Source of the DNA: Chloroflexota bacterium
GTDB taxonomy: Bacteria > Chloroflexota > Dehalococcoidia > Lucifugimonadales > JADFKI01
DNA length: 64,000 bases
Direction of reading: 5' to 3'
NCBI GenBank assembly: GCA_027623195.1
Contig: JAQBUT010000017.1
Span: 1 to 64,000, forward strand
The number at the start of each line of letters is the position of its first letter. Within the stretch, counting starts at the first letter, position 1. The position numbers and the translations under genes were made by a program. The notes beneath the pieces are model-generated. The model had not been told where the DNA came from. It made no database searches and worked only from the letters and a program-made list of their open reading frames with translations. Shown in pieces: positions 38,568-47,754 of the stretch.

Positions 38568-39146
38568 TTACACCTCTCGCAAGTCCACCACGCCAGCGGT
38601 GCCCTTCGCGTCAGGCTTGTTGTCGTCCGGTCCTGTGGGACCCCCGCGACGCGCCTTGGCGTTCCATTCTTCAATGTCGACCTCCACCAGCGCCGTGATA
38701 CCAAGGTCTGCCGATGGCGGGGCGTTGTAGTGCTCGCCAACGTTTCGGCCAGGGAAGTAACGCTGCACCATCTTGTCGAAAAGCTCAAATTTCCTGTCCT
38801 CGTCCACGATGTCGTGGCCCTTACCGAATAGGACGACGCTGCGGTAGTTGATGGAGTGGTTCATGGCCTTTCGCGAGTACACTAGCCCATCCGTCAGCGT
38901 AACCGTAACGCACATAGGAGCGCCGGTGGCCAGGAGGTCCATCGCGCGGCTGCGCATGGCTCCATGCAGATAAATCTTATCCGGCGTTGCGGCGTCGTAG
39001 TGGTAAGACAAGGGAATTACATACGGCATGCCGTCGTCCACGAAGCCCACATGCGCAACTGAGCCTGCTAAAAGAATTTCGGACGTTTCGTCAGTAACGG
39101 TGCGCTCCGGGTGATTTTTTATCTTGGTTCGTTCGGTAACTTTCAA
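38568..39146 (-). CDS. Pyridoxamine 5'-phosphate oxidase-like flavin-nucleotide-binding protein
   Basis: HVGF...PYVIP, IYLHG, DGLV.SR.A..HS.NYRSVV.FG. Confidence 0.82.
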   Translation of the reverse strand: MKVTERTKIKNHPERTVTDETSEILLAGSVAHVGFVDDGMPYVIPLSYHYDAATPDKIYLHGAMRSRAMDLLATGAPMCVTVTLTDGLVYSRKAMNHSINYRSVVLFGKGHDIVDEDRKFELFDKMVQRYFPGRNVGEHYNAPPSADLGITALVEVDIEEWNAKARRGGPTGPDDNKPDAKGTAGVVDLREV

Positions 39147-39181
39147 AGCTGCTCCCCAGTGTTTAACAAGAATCTAAAATT

Positions 39182-39220
39182 GGAAAGGCCCCGGGCCATA
39201 ACAGCATCCGGGGCCTTTCC
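39182..39220 (-). terminator. Hairpin, probable terminator after the DAHP synthase gene
   Basis: 13-bp inverted repeat GGAAAGGCCCCGG/CCGGGGCCTTTCC. Confidence 0.6.
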
Positions 39221-39240
39221 GCTTTGGTCGAATTAGGAAA

Positions 39241-40314
39241 TTAGGCTACCGGTTGTCCAACGGCGTCGGCCATCTTGCCATGGGCCCAACGCAGCAGTTC
39301 TTCCGTATCTTCCCACCCGATGCAGGCGTCCGTGATTGACACCCCATACTCCAGGGTGGACGCATCGCCGTTTAGCTTCTGCGCGCCAGCACTGATATTG
39401 CTCTCCAACATGCAGCCGATAATGTTGGCGTTGCCCGCAACCCGCTGCTCGATGATGTCTCGCAGGGCGATACCCTGACGGGTGTGGTCCTTGTTGGAGT
39501 TGCCATGGCTGCAGTCCACCAGCAGTTGCACCGGCACGTCGAACTTGGTCAGGAGTGCGTTGGCTTCAGCAATGGCATCTGCGCCGAAGTTGGGTCCCGT
39601 ATTGCCCCCGCGAAGTACCAGGTGACCGTAAGCATTGCCGTTCGTCTGCACTATGCAGGTCTGGCCGAAGTGGTCTATGCCTAGAAAAGCGTGCGGCGCC
39701 CTGGCTGAGATCATAGCATCCACCGCAATCTGAGCGCTGCCATCGGTGCCGTTCTTGAAGCCAACAGGCATGCTTAGGCCACTGGCCATCTGGCGGTGGG
39801 TCTGGCTCTCAGTAGTGCGAGCCCCAATTGCCGCCCATGAAACCATCCCGGCAAGGTACTGAGGAACGATAGGATCGAGGAACTCGGTGCCTGTAAAAAC
39901 GCCCATCTCACCTATCTTGGTGAGCAAGTTTCGCGCCCGGCGCAGCCCCTCGTTAATGTCGAATGTGTCATTCAAATGCGGATCGTAGAGGAGGCCCTTC
40001 CAGCCAACGGTGGTGCGAGGCTTTTCGAAGTACACGCGCATCACGATGAGCACGCGGTCGCTAATCTCATCAGATAGCTTCTTCAGGCGCTCGGCATAAT
40101 CCAGAGCGGCCTTCTCGTCGTGTATGGAGCACGGCCCCATAATTACGAGAAACCTGGGATCCTCGCCACGCAGAGCTGCCTGGATTTGGCGTCGGCCCTC
40201 AAGCACGGTTGCCTCCACCTCGGGCGTGAGGGGAAACTCCTTTTCGAGGTCCACGGGGCTGATAAGCGGTTCCGTCCGCCTGATATTAACGTCGCGTGCC
40301 GGTGACGGTTGCAT
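39241..40314 (-). CDS. 3-deoxy-7-phosphoheptulonate (DAHP) synthase, class I alpha (AroF/G/H type)
   Basis: GPCSIHD, RVYFEKPRTTVGWKG, IGARTTESQ.HR..ASGLS.PVGFKNGT, DCSHGNS.K, YGVSITDAC. Confidence 0.95.
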   Translation of the reverse strand: MQPSPARDVNIRRTEPLISPVDLEKEFPLTPEVEATVLEGRRQIQAALRGEDPRFLVIMGPCSIHDEKAALDYAERLKKLSDEISDRVLIVMRVYFEKPRTTVGWKGLLYDPHLNDTFDINEGLRRARNLLTKIGEMGVFTGTEFLDPIVPQYLAGMVSWAAIGARTTESQTHRQMASGLSMPVGFKNGTDGSAQIAVDAMISARAPHAFLGIDHFGQTCIVQTNGNAYGHLVLRGGNTGPNFGADAIAEANALLTKFDVPVQLLVDCSHGNSNKDHTRQGIALRDIIEQRVAGNANIIGCMLESNISAGAQKLNGDASTLEYGVSITDACIGWEDTEELLRWAHGKMADAVGQPVA

Positions 40315-40468
40315 TATTCCTAACTCTCCTCAATGTTTTTTTCATATTCCCCTGGCTGCCACACTCCCCAATCACGGTGTGCATCGATTTTATCGAACAT
40401 TGTCCTCAAGGCAGGGGCCTTTGAACCACATGTCCGAAATCGCAACTCGCGGCCAAAACGAAGGCCAC

Positions 40469-40496
40469 AAAAAAACCCAGCCTGTTTCGGCTGGGT
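40469..40496 (-). terminator. Attenuator terminator of the aro leader
   Basis: ACCCAGCC-GAAACA-GGCTGGG followed by T7 on the minus strand. Confidence 0.85.
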
Positions 40497-40527
40497 CTCA
40501 AGTTTTTCGGACTTTATCTAGCTCACG

Positions 40528-40620
40528 CTAGTTCCTGGACGACACCACGCCTCCACCGACCGTATTTACGTCGGTAAAATAATAGTAGCCCCAATAACCA
40601 AAAACGCGTGTGCTAGACAT
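40528..40620 (-). CDS. Aromatic amino acid leader peptide (30 aa, MSSTRVFGYWGYYYFTDVNTVGGGVVSSRN)
   Basis: Translated by hand; 7 aromatic codons among codons 7-15; followed by a terminator and then the DAHP synthase gene. Confidence 0.85.
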   Translation of the reverse strand: MSSTRVFGYWGYYYFTDVNTVGGGVVSSRN

Positions 40621-40628
40621 GATGAACA

Positions 40629-40658
40629 ATGCTACAACAGGCTCCGGCAACCTGTCAA
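40629..40658 (-). promoter_or_regulatory. Sigma70-type promoter of the aro leader
   Basis: TTGACA-18 nt-TAGCAT, ending 8 nt before the leader ATG. Confidence 0.65.
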
Positions 40659-40744
40659 CCTTAAGACCTAAGTCGGCTTTGACAGATGATTCCTCAATTT
40701 GTTATAGATGGCTTAACGAATTAAGAGTTCAAAGCGGGTAACGC

Positions 40745-41170
40745 ATGCCAGGACAGCCGACAAATGGGGAAGTTACGAATCTCCTCGCCGAAGACAAAAT
40801 AATAACTGCTAACTTAAGTTGGGGACCGGATGGTCGGCGCTACAAATTAGAGGCTTCCGTCCTAGCTATGGAGTCTAACCTACTACTCCGCTTATATGGT
40901 AATGTGGGCATAAAGAATAGGAGTTTTGGGTTACTACATAATAACGTCAGCATTAGACGTTACTGCTCAAGTCCAAATCACGTTAATCCCGGAAAAATTC
41001 CCATTCGTTCGCACCATAAGCATACGTACGATGAATTGGATGGAGACATAGTAGCGTATATTCCCGACGATATTAAAGTAGGGGAGGCCAACGGGGAGTT
41101 ATTCGATTTCCTAGCTGAATGTAACATCCGACTTGAAGGGAATTACCAAGCACTTCAATCGACGACTTAG
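40745..41170 (+). CDS. Hypothetical protein (DUF6978-like)
   Basis: H.NP....HHKH.Y.E......AY.P...L.DF...CNI pattern; AT-richer than its neighbours; TTGACA upstream at 40679. Confidence 0.55.
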   Translation: MPGQPTNGEVTNLLAEDKIITANLSWGPDGRRYKLEASVLAMESNLLLRLYGNVGIKNRSFGLLHNNVSIRRYCSSPNHVNPGKIPIRSHHKHTYDELDGDIVAYIPDDIKVGEANGELFDFLAECNIRLEGNYQALQSTT

Positions 41171-41178
41171 AGATCATT

Positions 41179-41973
41179 ATGTCCATTACTTGTACTGAAT
41201 TACTGAAGGACTACGTTGGCAATCTTGAAAGCAATTTTCAAGTGGAGCCGCAAGACGCAGGCTGCCTAATTACTACTCCATTTCTTCGGCCTGACGGCGA
41301 CCAAGTTGAACTTCTTCTAGAGCAGCGTCCAGATGGCAAAATATATTTGACCGACATGGGTGACACAATGGCCTACTTGCAATTGTGTGGTTTGTCATTA
41401 AGCAGAAAGCTTATCTCTGACGCAAAAAGGATTGGCGGTCGATTTGGTGCCTCCATTAACGTCAATGAAGTAGCTGTTCTTACTGATGAGACCGGTGTGG
41501 CGGAAGCAATTCATGATTTGATCCAGGCCGCAATGAGTATAGCTGCATTGGTAGAAAAACGAAGGCCGTATGTTAACCTTCGATTCGACGACGAGGTTGA
41601 AGCAACAATCATTGGGCAAGGTAAGATTTACGACTCACAGTTCCAGGTAAACGGAGCCAAGGAGCCTCATGTCGTGAAGTACCACATAAACTCCGGCTTG
41701 AACATGCTTATCCAGCCATTTTCACAAGTGTCGGAAGGACCTGCTCGAAACACGGCTGAAAGATGGTATTACAGGTTTGACGACATTCTGCACGCTAACC
41801 CCACTTGGTCTATTTATGCCTTATTGGATGACAGAGGAAATAGACGACAAGTTTGGGCCGACCCCCGCGTTACTCTACCTCTTCAGGGTTTGGTAAATAT
41901 CATTAAATGGAGTGACAAAGAGGACTTCATCAATGTACTGACTGCCCATGATGCACGTGAATCCTATCACTAG
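41179..41973 (+). CDS. DUF1828/DUF1829-like protein
   Basis: I.TPF..PDGD.V.L.......I.LTD.G.T N-terminus; C-terminal alpha/beta domain with LLDDR and IIKWS. Confidence 0.65.
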   Translation: MSITCTELLKDYVGNLESNFQVEPQDAGCLITTPFLRPDGDQVELLLEQRPDGKIYLTDMGDTMAYLQLCGLSLSRKLISDAKRIGGRFGASINVNEVAVLTDETGVAEAIHDLIQAAMSIAALVEKRRPYVNLRFDDEVEATIIGQGKIYDSQFQVNGAKEPHVVKYHINSGLNMLIQPFSQVSEGPARNTAERWYYRFDDILHANPTWSIYALLDDRGNRRQVWADPRVTLPLQGLVNIIKWSDKEDFINVLTAHDARESYH

Positions 41974-41992
41974 GCACCAGAATTCACACCCC

Positions 41993-43360
41993 TCAATCCC
42001 CCGCGCTCGCCTCGCTTCTCACCGGCGAGCCCTTCGGCCTCTTGGGCCTGCGGAGCGTCAGGAAGAAGATGCCCGCGATGCCGTAGATAGCAGCCAACGG
42101 GATTAGCGACCAGAAGTAGCTCTGGGTGTTGTCGAAGATCCATCCCATCCACACCGGCGTGCTCATGGACATAAACTGGTTCGGCAAGTGCTGCCACCCC
42201 CGCAGCGTGGCGAAGGACTTCCGGCCGAAGAACTCGCCCATGATGGCCCAGCTCAAGGGGTTTACGCTCTCTGCGAAAGCCAGCAACACGACGAACAACA
42301 GCAACTGCCACAGGTGTCCGCTCTGATTCAGCAAAACCAGCATGGACAGGGTCCCGCCCGCCATGCATATGGCGCTGAGCTTGGGCTTAGAGAAACGATC
42401 GCCCAGATAGCCGATAATCAGGTTAAAGACAAGCGTCGCAAAGGACAGAATGCCAATGAACACCGCCGCCAGGGGCAAGCCTTCGTCCTCCGTACGGCCA
42501 CTCCCCATGAGGAACCAGACCATTACCGGTGCCATGAGAAACATGATGCCGGAGTGTACGGTGTTGCGGAATCCAGACGCCATAGTCAGCATCCAGAACG
42601 TCGTGGTTCTCATTGCGTCCTTGGCGGTGTAATCCTGTTCCACTGCCTCAAATCGTCGGGAAATCCGAGCGCTTTCTCCATCGCTCTCGTCTCCTGACCC
42701 CGCAACAGGAACCGGCGTCGGCACTATGCCATCTGGGTGAAGGCCCATGCTTTCGGGGGAACGCCGCATCAGAAAGGATAGAGGCACCACCGCTACAAGT
42801 ATGGCTATGCCTGAAAACAGCGCCGCGTTTCGCCAACCGAAGGAAAACACCAAAAGGCCAACCACGGGCACTACAAGTACGCCCCCTACCCCGCTCCCAG
42901 TGGAGATAATGGACATGGCCAGGCCGCGCTTTCGGCGAAACCACTCGTTCGCGGCAGGGATGGTAGCGTTGTTAAACCCTGAGCGAAATCCCACCGAAAG
43001 GAAGCCTACGAAGATGAGGGTGAAGAAAAAGAGATTCTCAGTGTAGGACAATAGAATGAAGCCCACGCCAGACATGATGCCGCCGAACGCCAGCATGGCT
43101 CCAGGGCCAAATTTGTCCGTGCAGTAGCCCACAACAGGCCCCAATATGCCGCCCTCTAATCGCCCAAGCATATCGGCCAGGGCGATGGCAGCGACACCTA
43201 TTCCCAGTTCATTACGAATGGGTAGGACGTACAGGCTGAATCCTCGATTGAAGGTGCCGTGCTTAAAAGCATCTACGAACAGTCCAATGGCTACGATCCA
43301 CCAGCCATAGAAGATTTTGGATCGAATGTTTCGTAGCGATTTCGGAATAAATATTCCCAT
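41993..43360 (-). CDS. MFS transporter
   Basis: About 12 hydrophobic segments, G...DKFG, WF.RKRGLA, GDRF, EFFGR. Confidence 0.9.
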   Translation of the reverse strand: MGIFIPKSLRNIRSKIFYGWWIVAIGLFVDAFKHGTFNRGFSLYVLPIRNELGIGVAAIALADMLGRLEGGILGPVVGYCTDKFGPGAMLAFGGIMSGVGFILLSYTENLFFFTLIFVGFLSVGFRSGFNNATIPAANEWFRRKRGLAMSIISTGSGVGGVLVVPVVGLLVFSFGWRNAALFSGIAILVAVVPLSFLMRRSPESMGLHPDGIVPTPVPVAGSGDESDGESARISRRFEAVEQDYTAKDAMRTTTFWMLTMASGFRNTVHSGIMFLMAPVMVWFLMGSGRTEDEGLPLAAVFIGILSFATLVFNLIIGYLGDRFSKPKLSAICMAGGTLSMLVLLNQSGHLWQLLLFVVLLAFAESVNPLSWAIMGEFFGRKSFATLRGWQHLPNQFMSMSTPVWMGWIFDNTQSYFWSLIPLAAIYGIAGIFFLTLRRPKRPKGSPVRSEASAGD

Positions 43361-44737
43361 TCAGTCCTTATCTTGGTTGACGCCGGCGCATGTCTCTACC
43401 CAGCGTTGCGCCATGCCGGGTTCACTGCCCAGGTGCAAATGAATGTAAGAGGCCCAGACGCTGCCTTTCCGAATGCCCTCAGCCCGATCGTCCTGACTCA
43501 CTACAGCATACGCCGCATCAGCCTCGTTTTGCTGGAGGTCGGAAAAGGACCAGTGGAACTCGTGGCCCCGCGTTTCTTGGCCCTTGGAAAGCAACGGACC
43601 GTCCGCGAGCGCCTTAACCTCACGGTAACCCAGTGTGAGGCGGCTCTTTTCCATAGACGACTCAAGCGGCAATAGCCCTGCCATCTGGTGGCGATTACCA
43701 TCGAAGTCGGTTAACGACGTGCCAAGGTACATCAGCCCACCGCACTCAGCGTATATGGGAATATTCGCAGCTCCGGCATTGCGGATAGCCCCGAGCATGG
43801 CCTCGTTCTCGGCCAAGTCCGCCGCGTATATCTCTGGAAAGCCTCCGCCCAGGTAGACGCCGCCCACACCCTCCGGCAATCGATCATCGCCCAGTGGGCT
43901 GAAGGGGACCACTTCCGCTCCCCAGGCGTCCAGCAGGTCCAGGGAGTCCTCATAGTAGAAGTTGAAGGCCTTGTCCATCGCCACCGCAATCTTTGTTCTT
44001 TTGGGAAGCGCCCGCACCGGGTAAATCGAAGGTTGCACCGTTGGGGTGTCTGCCCGAGCCGCGATTTCTAGCAGCTTTTCCAGGTCAATGGTTTTTTCGA
44101 TCTGATCAATGAGCTTGCCCAGCCACTCTTCTGCTACCGGACCCTCCACAACTGGCACCAGTCCCAAATGACGCTCTGGAGCCTTAAGATCTTCGCGGCG
44201 GGGCATGTAGCCAATCACCGGTAGGCCGGTCGCCTCTTCGATGGGCGGCTTGCAAAACTCCAGGTGGCGAGGACTGCCAATGCCGTTCAGAATAACCCCT
44301 GCAATGTCCACACTGGGATCAAACTTCTGGTAACCCAGAACCTCTGCGGCAACGCTTCTGGCCACTTTGGCGGCGTCCACAATGAGGATGACCGGGGCGC
44401 GAAGCAGCTTGGCCACCTCTGCTGTGGAACCCTCCTCCGTGAGATTGGCGTGACCATCGTAAAGGCCCATGACGCCTTCCACAACCGACACATCCCGGCC
44501 ATCGTTTGCCCTTCCGAAGCACTCAAGCACTGTTGAGTAAGAAAGCAGCCACGTGTCCAGGTTGCGGCTGGCAACTCCACACGCCATCCTGTGATACGAC
44601 GGGTCGATATAGTCCGGCCCGCACTTGAATGGCTGCACCTTGAGTCCCCGGCGAGCCAGTGCACCCATGATGCCCGTGGTTATGGTGGTCTTGCCAACAC
44701 CGCTACGAGTGCCCGCTATTACGATAGTAGGTGTCAT
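43361..44737 (-). CDS. cbiA: Cobyrinate a,c-diamide synthase
   Basis: SGVGKTT, FKCGPDYID, EGVMGLYDG, ERHLGL, AFNFYY, AECGGLMYL, GHEFH. Confidence 0.95.
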   Translation of the reverse strand: MTPTIVIAGTRSGVGKTTITTGIMGALARRGLKVQPFKCGPDYIDPSYHRMACGVASRNLDTWLLSYSTVLECFGRANDGRDVSVVEGVMGLYDGHANLTEEGSTAEVAKLLRAPVILIVDAAKVARSVAAEVLGYQKFDPSVDIAGVILNGIGSPRHLEFCKPPIEEATGLPVIGYMPRREDLKAPERHLGLVPVVEGPVAEEWLGKLIDQIEKTIDLEKLLEIAARADTPTVQPSIYPVRALPKRTKIAVAMDKAFNFYYEDSLDLLDAWGAEVVPFSPLGDDRLPEGVGGVYLGGGFPEIYAADLAENEAMLGAIRNAGAANIPIYAECGGLMYLGTSLTDFDGNRHQMAGLLPLESSMEKSRLTLGYREVKALADGPLLSKGQETRGHEFHWSFSDLQQNEADAAYAVVSQDDRAEGIRKGSVWASYIHLHLGSEPGMAQRWVETCAGVNQDKD

Positions 44738-44740
44738 CGT

Positions 44741-46969
44741 CTAGAAATTCGTTTCGCCGGATTCTCCGGGCGCACCGTTTATGGCGCCGCCTCCCCCGGG
44801 AGTTCCAACGGTCAACTGGTTACCGTTCAGAGCAGGAGTCGCGTTATCATTAGTATCCAGATCAAATATGGCGTAGCTGTATCCACCCTGGCCGCCCGTG
44901 CCGGGACTGCCTGCAGCCTGCAACAGGAACGAGCAGCATCCGCCGGAGCCGCCTGTGGAGCCGCCCCCGCCGCCGGGCGAGCCTCCCAGTCCAGCCGCGC
45001 CGCCGATCCCGCCGTTGGCCCCGTTACCTGCCGCAATCACATTATCCCTAATCATCGGAGCGCTGTTGGCCCCAACCAGGATACCGAATGATGGCCCTCC
45101 TGCGCCGCCGCCGCCCTGGCCGCCAATGCCGCCTGAGCCGCCGCCGCCGCCTTCGCCACCGTCACCACTTCGGCCTACGTCGCAGCCCAGGAAAGAACAG
45201 ACGTTGGGAGCGCCGACGCCACCCTTCGTTCCCTTGCCTCCGATACCGCCCGCACCACCATTTCCTCCCCGGCCGCCTGATTGTGCCGTTATCTCATTGT
45301 CTTCGATAACTGAGGACGCGACCTGGAATACAAGAACACCTATGGACGCACCGCCTCCAACGCCGCCACTGCCCCCTACACCACCCTGGCCGCCGCCGCC
45401 TGCGCCACCACCACCACCGCCTGTGAGGCCAACTCCTCCTGCTCCTCCTCCACCACCACCACCGCCCGCACCGTTTCCGGCACTGACGCCGCCAGCACTG
45501 AAGGCGGGAACGTAATTGCTATTGGATCCCACGGAACCCGGCCCGGCCCCTCCGGTGCCACCGTTTCCACCATTACCTCCAGCCCCGCCACCGCCATCAC
45601 CCACTCGACCCGCGCCTACTTTATCCCCAATGCCGCCACCCGCTCCACCGCCAGCCTTGCCGTCCTGAGGAATAAGCCCAGCACCACCATTTCCGCCCTT
45701 GCCGCCGTTTAAGGAGGACACGCCGCCTTTGCCACCAGCTCCGCCATTGCCACCACTGCCGTTGCTCCCGTTTGTCGTAGCCGGTTTGCCGTCGCCGCCT
45801 TTGCTACCCGTGTTTCCCGCCCTTCCATTGCCCGACGTGATAACGTTGCGGCGAATAACGGCGTTCGTGAGTCCGTTTACGGAAACGCCGTAGCTGGAAC
45901 CAGCCTGGGCTTGCCCATTCGGGGCTGCGCCGTTTCCCGCCGTTATGATGTTGTCCTCAATAAAAAGCGAATTGTCGCCGGTACCCCTGACTCCCACTGA
46001 GTCATCGCCTGGCTTTTCTGCATTGGCGGAGGTTAGTTCAAATCCGGAGAACCAGGTCTCATCAAAAACAGTCCGAAAATCGACAGCAATTGGGGCGCCC
46101 CGTAGCTTCGTGCGATTGCCTACCACATCTCTAATCCAGTCCTCACCATAGCCGCCATAGAGGCTAATGGTGGTCTGCGGACTTAGTGTTTCCGATTCCA
46201 CATATGCCTGATCGCCTGATCGAGACTTCACGTAGATGTCGTAGTTGGGCCCTTGAATTTGATTCAGGGCGTAAGAGATGCTTGCGAAAGGATTCTCTCG
46301 GCTACCGTCCCTGTCGTCATCGCTGCCCCTGTCGCCGTCCACAAAGAAGCCGGTATCCGCATGTTCCCAAATGTTTATCTGGATGCGGTCGGGCTCGCCA
46401 TCGCCGTGGCCATCGTTGACTCGTAGCTCCAGAATTACCGTGCCGACGCTATCCGGCGCAGTTATAAGCGGGGTTGCGCCCACAAACACACCGACTCCTC
46501 CGGTAACGTCCGGGCCATACACCTGCTTCCACCTGTAGCTGACGATGGGGTCTCCATCCGGGTCGGTACTACCACTGCCGTTAAGAGTTATGATCTCTCC
46601 GCGCTCGACGTTGCGGTCCTGCCCAGCTTCCGCCCTGGCATTTGGCGGTTTCGGCGTGGGCGTGAGTGTGGGCGTAGCCGTCGACGTAGCGGTTGGAACC
46701 GAAGTTTGCGTGGCAGTCGCGGTCGGCGTCAGTGTTGCCGCCGGAGCTGGCGTTATGGTGGCAGTCGGGGTCAGCGTGACAGTCAACGTGGAGATAAGTG
46801 TTGCGGTCGCAACCGGCGCTTGGGTGGCGGTCGGCGATAAGGTTGGCTCCGCAGCGGTCTTAGTATTCAGGGCAACTTCGTCAGAGCCGCACGACGCTCC
46901 AACAACGGCGAAGAATGCAATGAAGACGAACGCTGAAGCTGTCTTTAATTGCCTGGCGATATTGCTCAA
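44741..46969 (-). CDS. Surface lipoprotein with Thr/Pro linker, PKD-like domain and Gly-rich beta-helix/PGRS-like region
   Basis: Lipobox ASC; (T/P/A)n linker; AEAG.D...L.GSGS.DPDGD..SY.W.Q; FVD....D..G....PF..I..A; long GG.GG tract. Confidence 0.7.
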   Translation of the reverse strand: MSNIARQLKTASAFVFIAFFAVVGASCGSDEVALNTKTAAEPTLSPTATQAPVATATLISTLTVTLTPTATITPAPAATLTPTATATQTSVPTATSTATPTLTPTPKPPNARAEAGQDRNVERGEIITLNGSGSTDPDGDPIVSYRWKQVYGPDVTGGVGVFVGATPLITAPDSVGTVILELRVNDGHGDGEPDRIQINIWEHADTGFFVDGDRGSDDDRDGSRENPFASISYALNQIQGPNYDIYVKSRSGDQAYVESETLSPQTTISLYGGYGEDWIRDVVGNRTKLRGAPIAVDFRTVFDETWFSGFELTSANAEKPGDDSVGVRGTGDNSLFIEDNIITAGNGAAPNGQAQAGSSYGVSVNGLTNAVIRRNVITSGNGRAGNTGSKGGDGKPATTNGSNGSGGNGGAGGKGGVSSLNGGKGGNGGAGLIPQDGKAGGGAGGGIGDKVGAGRVGDGGGGAGGNGGNGGTGGAGPGSVGSNSNYVPAFSAGGVSAGNGAGGGGGGGGAGGVGLTGGGGGGAGGGGQGGVGGSGGVGGGASIGVLVFQVASSVIEDNEITAQSGGRGGNGGAGGIGGKGTKGGVGAPNVCSFLGCDVGRSGDGGEGGGGGSGGIGGQGGGGAGGPSFGILVGANSAPMIRDNVIAAGNGANGGIGGAAGLGGSPGGGGGSTGGSGGCCSFLLQAAGSPGTGGQGGYSYAIFDLDTNDNATPALNGNQLTVGTPGGGGAINGAPGESGETNF

Positions 46970-46986
46970 CTACAAAACCCTATCGA

Positions 46987-47754
46987 TTATTCGCCTTCAA
47001 CGGCGCCCCGGTATCCCCGGGGCGTGATCATCTTGTTACCGGCCACGTAGGTCGTAGAATTACCGATAACCACGGTGGTGAACATGTCCACGTCCTCGAA
47101 TCGGCCTTCCAATTCGCCAAGAGTAGTCAGGCTAACGTTCTGGTCGGGCCGATAGGCGTTGCGGACCAGTCCTACCGGCGTGTCTTGCCCCCTGCTGGTG
47201 AGAAGAATCTCCCGCGCCTCGGCGATGTGTCGCTGGCGTTTGCGACTGCGTGGGTTGTACAGAATGACGACAAAGTCCCCTTGAGCCGCCGCAGTCAAAC
47301 GCTTGCGAATGACATCCCAGGGAGTCATCAGGTCGCTAAGGCTAATGGCGCAGAAATCCTGCATCAGAGGCGAGCCCAACAAAGAGGCCGACGACTGTAA
47401 TGCTGATATTCCAGGCACCACCTCGACGTGCGGGTTTTCGCCGTCCCAGCCGCCGGAAGCAAGCTGCTGAAATACTGGTGCGGCCATGCCGTAAATACCG
47501 GCGTCACCGGATGACACAACGGCCACCGACTTACCGGCGAAGGCCAACTCCACGGCCCTGGCAGCCCGCTGCATCTCTTCGCCCAGGTCCATGGCCACGA
47601 TTTCTTTGTCTCCGGTAATGTCCTTGACCTGCTCAATGTAGCCCCGATAACCGATGACGACCTCGCATCGACGAAGGACATCGACCGCCAACGGAGACAT
47701 CAACTCTCGGGCTCCCGGGCCCAGGCCCACCAGGTATAGTCGACCTGAACTCAC
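46987..47754 (-). CDS. cbiH: Precorrin-3B C17-methyltransferase
   Basis: GLGPG, SSGDAGIYGMA, DFCAISLSDL.TPW, YNPRS, DM.T...GNS.T, TPRGY. Confidence 0.95.
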   Translation of the reverse strand: MSSGRLYLVGLGPGARELMSPLAVDVLRRCEVVIGYRGYIEQVKDITGDKEIVAMDLGEEMQRAARAVELAFAGKSVAVVSSGDAGIYGMAAPVFQQLASGGWDGENPHVEVVPGISALQSSASLLGSPLMQDFCAISLSDLMTPWDVIRKRLTAAAQGDFVVILYNPRSRKRQRHIAEAREILLTSRGQDTPVGLVRNAYRPDQNVSLTTLGELEGRFEDVDMFTTVVIGNSTTYVAGNKMITPRGYRGAVEGE

